DNA of 21,681 nucleotides, from NCBI GenBank assembly GCA_964450845.1, contig CAYVGZ010000018.1:1-21681 (forward strand). The letters are read 5' to 3'. The notes under the pieces were generated by a model. The model was not told the origin of the DNA, searched no databases, and saw nothing but the letters and a program-made list of their open reading frames with translations. A program made the position numbers and the translations under genes. Source of the DNA: an uncultured Candidatus Bathyarchaeia archaeon. Its GTDB lineage: Archaea; Thermoproteota; Bathyarchaeia; Bathyarchaeales; Bathycorpusculaceae. Positions 9,001 to 15,693 of the stretch are shown here, in pieces; within the stretch, counting starts at the first letter, position 1, and every line of letters begins with the position of its first letter.

Positions 9001-9639
9001 ACAATTGAATATGAATATGATGGAAGCGTACCTTTTTCTGGAGAAGTCTACATCAACAACACTCTAGCCACTTATTCAACGCTCAACGACAGATGGGAAT
9101 ACAACTATACTCTTTTCTCACCCGAAACCATAACTTTCAGCGTGTCAAAAATTGTTGACAACCTTTATGGACTGACAAATGTAAATGACGCTGTAGGACC
9201 TTTGCCCATAACATGGCATCATTTCCAAATTCTGTACGAAGGAGAAACCTACGTGATACCCATAACAACAAACAGCCATGTTTCGAACCTTCAATTTAAT
9301 GCATCACTTAAACAAATCATGTTCACTGTCTCTGGAGAAACAGGAACCATGGGATACTGCAATATAACCATACCCAAAACTTTGTTAAAAGCAGAACCGT
9401 TGGAAGCTTGGAAAGTATTTCTTGATGGCTACCCGCAATCGCAATACGTCGTCACGGAAAATGATACTCATACATTCATCTACATGAATTACACTTACAG
9501 CAACCACGGAATCCAGATACAAGGAACTTGGGCAGTAACAGAGTTTTCGCCAACCACAATTCTGCTACTATTGATGCTCAGCACCATGTTCACAGTGGCA
9601 CTTAGAAGGCATGCGAGGAAAACTCGTCAAAAATGCTAA
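6100..9639 (+). CDS. Secreted, C-terminally anchored papain-like (C1A) cysteine peptidase with Ig-like and adhesin-like domains
   Basis: Signal-like N-terminus; Q157/C163 (GNQDGEGSCTTWA), H327 (NHANTIVGY), N355 (IANSWG); beta-rich C-terminal domains; ends in VTEF + hydrophobic helix + basic tail. Confidence 0.9.
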   Translation: MKLLKRKLFANRRGKIRKTFFWIMFPTIIINMLGLFLSVQTVALGASSKNTADGDAYLKASLGKEDNAIVKVVEHKITESELEELKLEMGVYQNNVTYNKIFDGHGTGLHPPTESKWISIAEETLIVDKILWVNASISAPSSVDHTNSSWFPPIGNQDGEGSCTTWAVVYYMKTFQEAKEHGWNLSGATWEGGYSGHPSLAYQDKIFSPDFVYHQINDGVDEGSWFDDAMDLVCSIGACTWEKMPYDPNDSVTWPSEEAWREAPLYRGNSTGFESMYLNTVYGVENLRNWIASGNLAVIAIDANSYASLTSDDLWTLDNYEEMELNHANTIVGYDDNFAYIEEGVPRLGAFKIANSWGVGGWENVADGCYWMSYEAMKQIVSYAYFYRDRIAYEPKVFASFKIDHAERDNCDITLGIGDKSAPILTKELEIWDYLGGSLPFCSNNIVVDITEFEGGVPTVIGQQFFIRIYEPGYLSTLGTILDFSIEYYENYSSQAPLVVAISDDPPVDTVTNDYVYAEVTLLSSVSIEYPSSGQYVDGTVAITGSAYQYRRQEVYAEDFNHGGNMPSGWMVYSAGPDVHPWTIELRADCKKDYWAECNSNVLPTTTNITEWLYMTDSFNATGYSSLDLEFYSYYRSFTGPEYAQVLYATSQSYPNFTVLETWDSTGKRHHHISLTAAAGDPEVHLAFIYHGIWDYYVEVDNIVVYGLKTLDEVAVKIDDEDWNIATGTTSWTHNWDTNACPNGNHTITARAHYGVAHTEASIDVFVCNNLIYIDEFFVSDNRCNVGSMQTVGCHAVYAKNGSNVTEGTIWVNGTGHSINNTGWCAFDVTSSNVGKNTWTVTGVSCDGTQYYEVTASSPYIIFDKVNIILTVNDTRIDVGSEASINWTGIHAYDGTTFMGSIALNDTLTKNQVGIYKFTCASISDSQYGITAFDSNEVYCIWDRIKISNGGVTHSSTNITQEETVWFTIEYEYDGSVPFSGEVYINNTLATYSTLNDRWEYNYTLFSPETITFSVSKIVDNLYGLTNVNDAVGPLPITWHHFQILYEGETYVIPITTNSHVSNLQFNASLKQIMFTVSGETGTMGYCNITIPKTLLKAEPLEAWKVFLDGYPQSQYVVTENDTHTFIYMNYTYSNHGIQIQGTWAVTEFSPTTILLLLMLSTMFTVALRRHARKTRQKC

Positions 9640-9872
9640 CTAGCCTGAATCAAATTTAGGTTCAACTGTTCTGCCCACACTATGCTCCTCAAAGGTACTT
9701 TAAACTCGTTTTCTTTCCCGTAAGGAACACATCTAACAAAAGTTTCTCTTCTGAACTCGTCTTTTAGAAGCTCTGACAACTGAACATTTATTATAACTGA
9801 GCCATCTCTTAAGTGAAGGTTCACATTCTTTCCAAGAAAAGACTTCGCCGTGTTCATGCTAAACCTTTCCAT
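9636..9872 (-). CDS. Small hypothetical protein, predicted Sm/LSm- or SH3-like beta-barrel
   Basis: GGAGTGGTGA RBS before the ATG. FLGKNVNLHLRDGSVIINVQL resembles an Sm1-type helix-strand-G-strand pattern. The fold is an inference. Its stop codon overlaps the C1A peptidase stop. Confidence 0.7.
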   Translation of the reverse strand: MERFSMNTAKSFLGKNVNLHLRDGSVIINVQLSELLKDEFRRETFVRCVPYGKENEFKVPLRSIVWAEQLNLNLIQAS

Positions 9873-9875
9873 CTG

Positions 9876-10013
9876 TCACCACTCCAAATCCCTGTCTGCC
9901 ATTCTGCTCCAACATCGCCTACAAATAGGCAATCTTTCCCCTCTAAAAAGAATGTAAACTTCAATGTCATTGTTCTTGCATTCTCTATTCCAAGGGTTTT
10001 TACAATGTTCCAT
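9876..10013 (-). CDS. 45-aa four-cysteine putative zinc-binding microprotein (MEHCKNPWNRECKNNDIEVYILFRGERLPICRRCWSRMADRDLEW)
   Basis: Manual translation; below the ORF-track cut-off. GGAGGT 8 nt before the ATG; C4-x7-C12 and C31xxC34; stop 3 nt before the start of 9636-9872. Confidence 0.8.
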   Translation of the reverse strand: MEHCKNPWNRECKNNDIEVYILFRGERLPICRRCWSRMADRDLEW

Positions 10014-10164
10014 TAATGCGTACCTCCAGTGGCAATCCACTGCGAGAACGCTCTGCAGTTTTCGCTTTTAAAACACTCTGTGAAACGACATTCCCGCACG
10101 GTGGAGAGAGATAAGTTAAAGTGAGCCAAACCATTTAAGCAATGTCTGGTTTCCACTTTATTTC

Positions 10165-10620
10165 TTGAAGGTTGAAAAGTTGGACCGCAATGATGTGAGG
10201 GAAATTTTAACGAGATACAAAACCGTTGCCGTTGTAGGATTGTCACGAGACCCTTCCAAAGATAGCTATCAAGTGGCTGAATATTTGAAGAAACACGGTT
10301 TTCATATAGTGCCAATCAATCCCTTCGCAGATGAAGTTTTGGACGAGAAAAGTTACAAAAGCCTATTAGACATGCCAGCTGAAGTTCAGAAAACCCTCGA
10401 AATTATTGACATTTTCAGACCTTCTGCCGAGGTTTTACCAATAATCGAACAAGCGGTTCATCTGAAGAAGCTAATTGGCGTACCCTACGTGGTTTGGATG
10501 CAGCTTGGAATAATAAATGACCAAGCAGCAGAAACAGCTAAAAAAGCAGGCTTAACCGTGGTGATGAACAAATGCATGATGCAACAGCACCGTCGCCTAT
10601 TTACCAGCAATGCAGAATGA
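10165..10620 (+). CDS. CoA-binding domain protein (YccU-like Rossmann fold)
   Basis: VAVVGLSRDPSKDSYQVAEYL..HGFHIVPINP, DIFRPS, VWMQLGI and NKCMM motifs. Exact start uncertain. Confidence 0.9.
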   Translation: MKVEKLDRNDVREILTRYKTVAVVGLSRDPSKDSYQVAEYLKKHGFHIVPINPFADEVLDEKSYKSLLDMPAEVQKTLEIIDIFRPSAEVLPIIEQAVHLKKLIGVPYVVWMQLGIINDQAAETAKKAGLTVVMNKCMMQQHRRLFTSNAE

Positions 10621-10659
10621 GGTCGATGCAGAATTGGTTTTTAACATCTAATAACCTGC

Positions 10660-11205
10660 TTAAATTTGGATTATTGCAGGCGTGATTTTTTCTTTTGTTA
10701 TTCTCAGCAAAGCCACAGTTGGTTTGGCTATAAAAGGTGGCATAGGATTCGTTGGGCTTCCAGGGTTTATGAACAACGTGTTTTCTTCCCATTTCATACT
10801 AGAGTTATGCGTATGTCCATAAACTAACACATTAAAGCCGTTCTTCTTAGCAATTTCACGCATTTTCCTTATTCCAAAAAGTGCTCCCGGGTCATGTATA
10901 ACGCCGATTTTCCAATCGAAAGCCTTAACAGAATTCATTTTTGGCAATTTCCCACGAATTTCTGGTCCATCCATGTTTCCATACACAGCCAAAACAGGCG
11001 CAAGCTGCTCTAACTCATCAATAACAGACATTTCCACTAAATCACCCGCATGCACTATAAAATCCACTTTATCAAAAACTTCGAAAACCTTTTTCGGAAT
11101 ATCCCTAGCCCTCACAGGTATATGAGTATCAGATATCAAACCAACAGACTTTGTTGGAGAATATTCACGCAACTGAGAAAGAACCTGCGGTTGCTCAGTG
11201 GCCAT
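10660..11205 (-). CDS. Calcineurin-like metallophosphoesterase (YfcE/MJ0936 type)
   Basis: ISDTH, HAGD, GNMD, IHD, GHTH and NPGS motifs in canonical order. Confidence 0.92.
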   Translation of the reverse strand: MATEQPQVLSQLREYSPTKSVGLISDTHIPVRARDIPKKVFEVFDKVDFIVHAGDLVEMSVIDELEQLAPVLAVYGNMDGPEIRGKLPKMNSVKAFDWKIGVIHDPGALFGIRKMREIAKKNGFNVLVYGHTHNSSMKWEENTLFINPGSPTNPMPPFIAKPTVALLRITKEKITPAIIQI

Positions 11206-11330
11206 TCAAAGTCCTCTATAACATCCCTATAGAAGTTTCAAATAAAAGTACTTCTACATTCTTTCAGTTAGTAAGTCGGAATCGTGAGATTTAAATCTCA
11301 AAAAAGTTTAAAAATGGGTGGCGTTCAGCG

Positions 11331-11678
11331 TTGATCGAGTTTTATGGTTTTGGCTCAATAGTCATAAATGGTAAAAAATACACAAGCGACGTTATAGTTT
11401 TTCCAGAACGAGTCATAGATGACTGGTGGAGAAAGGAAGGACATAGAATTTACGTAGACGATTTAAAAGAAATCCTTAACTGTGAACCCAAACCTGAAAT
11501 GCTCGTAGTCGGCACAGGCTATTATGGAATCGTGAAGATTTCACCTGAAGTAGAAACCATTCTAAAATCTCAAAAAATTGAATTGGTGACTCAACCGACA
11601 AAGAAGGCATGTCAAACGTTTAACAAACTTTTAAAGTCTAGCAGGCGAGTGGTCGGAGCTTTCCACCTGACATGTTAG
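11331..11678 (+). CDS. Mth938-like domain protein
   Basis: YGFGSIVINGKKYTSDVIV, LVVGTGYYG, T..AC.TFN and a C-terminal HLTC. Confidence 0.88.
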   Translation: MIEFYGFGSIVINGKKYTSDVIVFPERVIDDWWRKEGHRIYVDDLKEILNCEPKPEMLVVGTGYYGIVKISPEVETILKSQKIELVTQPTKKACQTFNKLLKSSRRVVGAFHLTC

Positions 11679-11736
11679 AGGGATAAAATCTTAAGTGGAT
11701 TAGACTTATACATCTGAGGCAATAGGTGAATCCTCA

Positions 11737-13095
11737 ATGTGTGCTAAATTGCTAAAAGAAATTGAAGAAGAGGTCACAAATCTTCTAAGCGATTTAATCC
11801 GCATAAACACAACCAACCCGCCAGGAAACGAAACAGAAGCAGCAAAATCCTTAGCTGAAACCTTAGAAAAGGAAGGCTTTAAATGCGAACTTTTCGAGTC
11901 CGCGCCCGGAAGAGGCAGCATAATCACACGCCTTAAAGGAACAGGCGAAAAACCAAGCTTGCTTTTACTTTCACACTTAGATGTGGTGGCTGCGAACCCC
12001 AAAGAGTGGAGTGTAGATCCATTCGAAGGCGTAGTGAAAAATGGTTTTGTTTGGGGACGTGGCGCATTGGACATGAAGTCGATGACAGCCATGGAAATTA
12101 TGGTTCTTAGGCTTCTGAAACGAAATACAGTGAAACTTAAAGGCGACGTTATACTGGCTGCCACAGCCGACGAGGAAAAGGGCGGAGAAGCAGGAGCAGG
12201 CTGGCTTGTACGGAATCATCCCGAAAAAATTCGAGCAGACTATGTAATAAACGAGGGCGGAGGCCTAGCAATCCCAATCGGAGGCAAAAACATCTTCACA
12301 ATTCAAACAGCAGAAAAGGGAATTCTATGGTTAAAAGTTAAGGCGAAGGGCAAACCTGGACACGGGTCTATACCAGGCGCAGCGGACAACGCCATACTTC
12401 GCATGAACAAAGTTATCGAAAGACTTGGGAATTACAGAGCAAAAATGACCGTTGTCCCAACTGTAAAACAGTTTCTAACCCAAATCGCAACAGAAAACAA
12501 AACCGCACAACAAGCCTTGTCCCTTTTACTTCAAAAACCCGATATGGGCGACCAAATTTTGGATATGTTTGGTCAGATGGACAAAGTTGTGGCTGAGGAA
12601 ATTCGGGCAAGTCTAAGAATGACTATTGCGCCTACAATAATTCATGGAGGCGTGAAAGAGAACATAATTCCATCTGAATGCGAAGCCGTTTTCGACTGTA
12701 GAATTCTACCTGGACAAACTCCTACGGAAGCCATGAACGAGATAAAAGGCTTACTAAAGGATGTTGACCTAGAAAAACTGGAGTTTGAAACAATTCAAGC
12801 CAGTGAACCGTCGGAATCGCCTACAAACACACCGCTCTACAAACAGATTGTAGACGTTATAAAAGAGTTTGAACCAAACTGTTCTGCAGCGCCAATTCTG
12901 CTCACTGGCGGAACTGACTCCCGCTTCTTCAGGAAATTAGGCAGCATATGTTACGGCTTTGAACCGATGCGTTCAGACATGCCCTACGGAGAAATTTTGA
13001 AAATGGCACACGGTATAGACGAGCGAATATCCATAGAAAACCTAGTATTTGGAACAAGCGTCCTCTACAACATAGTTGAGCAATTCATGACTTAA
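11737..13095 (+). CDS. M20/M25/M40 family metallopeptidase/amidohydrolase
   Basis: SHLDVV, GRGALDMK, ADEE, NEGG, GHGS, GGTDSRF and HGIDE metal-binding motifs. AGGTGA RBS. Confidence 0.93.
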   Translation: MCAKLLKEIEEEVTNLLSDLIRINTTNPPGNETEAAKSLAETLEKEGFKCELFESAPGRGSIITRLKGTGEKPSLLLLSHLDVVAANPKEWSVDPFEGVVKNGFVWGRGALDMKSMTAMEIMVLRLLKRNTVKLKGDVILAATADEEKGGEAGAGWLVRNHPEKIRADYVINEGGGLAIPIGGKNIFTIQTAEKGILWLKVKAKGKPGHGSIPGAADNAILRMNKVIERLGNYRAKMTVVPTVKQFLTQIATENKTAQQALSLLLQKPDMGDQILDMFGQMDKVVAEEIRASLRMTIAPTIIHGGVKENIIPSECEAVFDCRILPGQTPTEAMNEIKGLLKDVDLEKLEFETIQASEPSESPTNTPLYKQIVDVIKEFEPNCSAAPILLTGGTDSRFFRKLGSICYGFEPMRSDMPYGEILKMAHGIDERISIENLVFGTSVLYNIVEQFMT

Positions 13096-13251
13096 AACAG
13101 CTTTTAAGAGCTTTTAAGAATGTTTTGTTAAAAAGCTTCTCCATTAGTTTAAACTATTATCACTTCTGCCAAAAGTGAACATTAAAACTTTTTTAGGTCA
13201 ACTTAATATATTCGGATGGTCTTCTTATGTTCTTCTGAAGGAGGCTTTGGC

Positions 13252-13542
13252 ATGCCAGCAATAGAGATTGGTAGAATTTGTGTGAAATTGGTTGGTCGAG
13301 AGGCTGGAAGAAAATGCGTGATAGTTGACATAATGGACAAAAGCTTCGTAGTAATAACTGGTCCAAAAACGATTACAGGCATAAAGAGACGAAGAACAAA
13401 CATCAACCATATTGAACCACTCCAAGACAAAATAGCCATTACACGAGGAGCATCCGACGAAGAAATCACAGAAGCACTGAAGACATCAGGCAAGATAGAA
13501 GAAATCACGCAAAAAGTTAAACCCGCATTGGCTTCAGCTTAA
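13252..13542 (+). CDS. rpl14e: 50S ribosomal protein L14e (eL14)
   Basis: MPAIEIGRICVK..GREAGRKCVIVDI.D..FV.ITGPK..TGIKRRR.NI.HIEP. The GGAGG RBS supports ATG 13252 over the track start at 13216. Confidence 0.95.
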   Translation: MPAIEIGRICVKLVGREAGRKCVIVDIMDKSFVVITGPKTITGIKRRRTNINHIEPLQDKIAITRGASDEEITEALKTSGKIEEITQKVKPALASA

Positions 13543-13595
13543 ACTCTTATAACTCTAAGCCTTTTTTCATATTTGTAGAGGTGATGCATTCGGCT

Positions 13596-14617
13596 ATGCC
13601 TAGAAGTGTTGCTCCATGGGAAATTAAGCGTAAATTGTTGGTGAAGGCTGAAGATAAAACTGACCCGCGCTATGGACATATACCAGAAGAAAGACCAGGA
13701 GAAGGATACATCCGATACGGTGTAATAAATCTTGACAAGCCAGCTGGTCCGACAAGCCACGAAGTAGCTGCATGGGTTAAACGTATCCTAAATCTGCAGT
13801 GTGTTGGTCACGGCGGGACTCTAGAGGCATAAGCCAGAGAAATCCCAAAGTGACCGGTGTCTTACCTATCACCTTAGAGGAATCTAGGAAAATTGTTCAG
13901 GCTTTACTCTACAGCGGGAAAGAATACGTTTGCGTAATGAAACTTCACGGTGATACAACAGAAAAGAGAGTCAACGAAGCCCTAGAAGAGTTTGAAGACA
14001 CCATTTACCAAAGGCCACCCTTGAGGGCTTCGGTTAAGCGGCAACTGAGAACAAGGAGAATCTATTACATTGACTTTCTCGAAATGGACGGGCGAAACGT
14101 GCTTTTCAAGGTTGGGTGTGAAGGCGGAACATACATACGCAAACTTTGTTATGATATAGGAGAAGTTTTAGGCTGTGGAGCACACATGCAGGAACTCCGC
14201 AGAACCAGAGCAGGGCCTCTTATTGAAAATAGAGACATTGTAACTTTGCATGATGTGGCTTACTGGTTTACAGAATGGCAACAGCAAAAAGGTGATGAAA
14301 TTTTGAGAAAATTCATACAGCCCATGGAAAGGGCTTTGGCTCTAGTTTCAAAGATTTACATAAGAGATTCGGCTGTTGATGCCATATGCCATGGAGCAAA
14401 CCTGACCGCACCAGGCATCTTATCTTTGGAAACTGGAATAAACAGCGGCTCAATGGTGGCAATCCTCAGTTTAAAGGGTGAGGCTGTGGCTTTGGCTAAG
14501 GCTGTGGCTTCTACAGAGGAGATTTTGAACATGGAACATGGAGTTGTTGCCAAAACTGAACGGGTTCTGATGCCAAGAGGAACGTATCCAAAATGTTGGA
14601 AAAGTGGCGAAGCATAA
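13596..14617 (+). CDS. cbf5: H/ACA RNA-guided pseudouridine synthase Cbf5, spliced (exons 13596-13824 and 13842-14617; 334 aa)
   Basis: Joins track ORFs 13581-13832 and 13799-14617. Removing 17 nt restores GHGGTLDPKVTGVLP with the catalytic Asp. NLDKP.GPTSH, GTYIR, LRRT and a C-terminal PUA domain are present. The start could be GTG 13581. Confidence 0.95.
13825..13841 (+). other. 17-nt bulge-helix-bulge mRNA intron in cbf5 (AGGCATAAGCCAGAGAA)
   Basis: Outer helix GGGA/TCCC, 4-bp central helix CTCT/AGAG, 3-nt bulges AG^A and AA^A, intron hairpin GGC-ATAA-GCC. Cutting after the second bulge base gives G|AT = Asp. Confidence 0.92.
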
Positions 14618-15235
14618 ATGCGCAAAAAAGGTGAAGAACTAGACCAATATTTTGCGGCACATCCAAAATCCAAGATGAGGCTTGGAATAATCCGTACACA
14701 CCTTCGCGGAATCCATTTCGAGTTTCTAACGGCTTCAGGTGTTTTTTCTAAGAAACACGTTGATTTAGGCTCAAGATTGCTCATAGAATCTATGGTTCTT
14801 CCTCAAGAGGGTTATGTTTTAGATATTGGATGCGGTTATGGCGCAGTTGGAATTGCAGCCGCTACCTTTAACCCCGATTTGCGAGTTATCATGGTTGATG
14901 TCAATGAGCGAGCTGTGCGTCTTGCAAGGCAAAACGCTGAAAAGAATTATGTTAGTAATGTAGAGATTAAGCGTGGCTATTTGTATGAACCTGTTAAAAA
15001 CTTGACTTTCAACTGTGTGCTTTCGAATCCACCTGTGAGTGCTGGAATGGAAATCGTTAAGGCAATAATTTCTGAAGCGCCAGCGCATATGGCAAGTAAA
15101 GCCATGTTCCAGATGGTTGTGAAGTCCAAGATTGGCGGGAAAAGGTTGGTTATGGTTTTTGAGGGGGCTTTTGGAAACGTTGAGGTTTTAGCTCGGAAAA
15201 GTGGTTACCGCGTGTTAATGTCAAAAAAGCTGTAG
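14618..15235 (+). CDS. Class I SAM-dependent methyltransferase, RsmC/MTS-like
   Basis: GVFSKKHVDLGSRLL, VLDIGCGYG, VDVNERAV and VLSNPP motifs. The ATG directly follows the cbf5 stop. Confidence 0.88.
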   Translation: MRKKGEELDQYFAAHPKSKMRLGIIRTHLRGIHFEFLTASGVFSKKHVDLGSRLLIESMVLPQEGYVLDIGCGYGAVGIAAATFNPDLRVIMVDVNERAVRLARQNAEKNYVSNVEIKRGYLYEPVKNLTFNCVLSNPPVSAGMEIVKAIISEAPAHMASKAMFQMVVKSKIGGKRLVMVFEGAFGNVEVLARKSGYRVLMSKKL

Positions 15236-15247
15236 GGCTAGGTTTTT

Positions 15248-15475
15248 TCAGTCTAAGGTTAATTTGTTAACTATTTTTCTTACAATTGGAATTATTATCA
15301 AGGATGTCGGTAAACTTACAATGAAGCCAATGATGAATGCTCGAGGCCATTTCTCTAAAAACCCAGCAAAACCTACGTTTGCCAAAGTCAGGGTCAGGGA
15401 CATTGAAAACGACATGCCCAATGACATTAAAGCTGCAAATAGTATTATGGAATATTTCTTGTCTATTTTCATCAT
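15248..15475 (-). CDS. Small membrane protein, DUF2798-like (75 aa)
   Basis: KKYSIILFAALMSLGMSFSMS...GFLEKWPRAF...IPIVRKIV matches the recalled family pattern. Start trimmed to MMKIDKK because the track extension runs antisense into the tRNA. Confidence 0.75.
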   Translation of the reverse strand: MMKIDKKYSIILFAALMSLGMSFSMSLTLTLANVGFAGFLEKWPRAFIIGFIVSLPTSLIIIPIVRKIVNKLTLD

Positions 15476-15559
15476 GGTCACTATCCAATTAACATAGTCA
15501 CACGAAGGCAAACAAATAAACATTAAATCACCCAACATTATAAGGTTAAGTCTAGCAGT

Positions 15560-15668
15560 GCCGGGGTCTCCTAGCCAGGTATGGAGCAAGCCTGGAGACG
15601 TTAGGGCATTAGCGCCTAATAGCTTGTGGCCTCTCGGGGCCGCGTGGGTTCAAATCCCACTCCCGGCG
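15560..15668 (+). tRNA. tRNA-Ser(GGA) with a 23-nt intron at 37/38 (15598-15620)
   Basis: Acceptor GCCGGGG/TCCCGGC with G73; anticodon stem CAAGC/GCTTG; mature loop CT-GGA-GA; long variable arm GGCCT-CTCG-GGGCC; T arm GTGGG-TTCAAAT-CCCAC. Confidence 0.9.
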
Positions 15669-15693
15669 CTTACGCTGAACCTATGCGTTTTCT

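Noticed and set aside
10013-10315. 100-aa minus-strand ORF whose stop overlaps the Cys4 microprotein ATG (TAATG)
   Set aside because: It overlaps the CoA-binding gene antisense, crosses a promoter-like region and has no motif. The microprotein has its own TATA box and RBS.
13099-13156. Tandem AGCTTTTAAG x2 (13099-13118) and 12-bp palindrome TAGTTTAAACTA (13145-13156)
   Set aside because: AT-rich low-complexity terminator/promoter region. Too short to support a repeat element or operator without comparative data.
13581-14617. Reading cbf5 as a pseudogene, sequencing frameshift or programmed ribosomal frameshift
   Set aside because: A strict BHB with canonical cut sites restores the frame and the catalytic Asp exactly, and there is no slippery sequence at the junction.
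15476-15589. N-terminal extension of the DUF2798-like ORF in the track
   Set aside because: It runs antisense through the tRNA-Ser gene and its promoter region.
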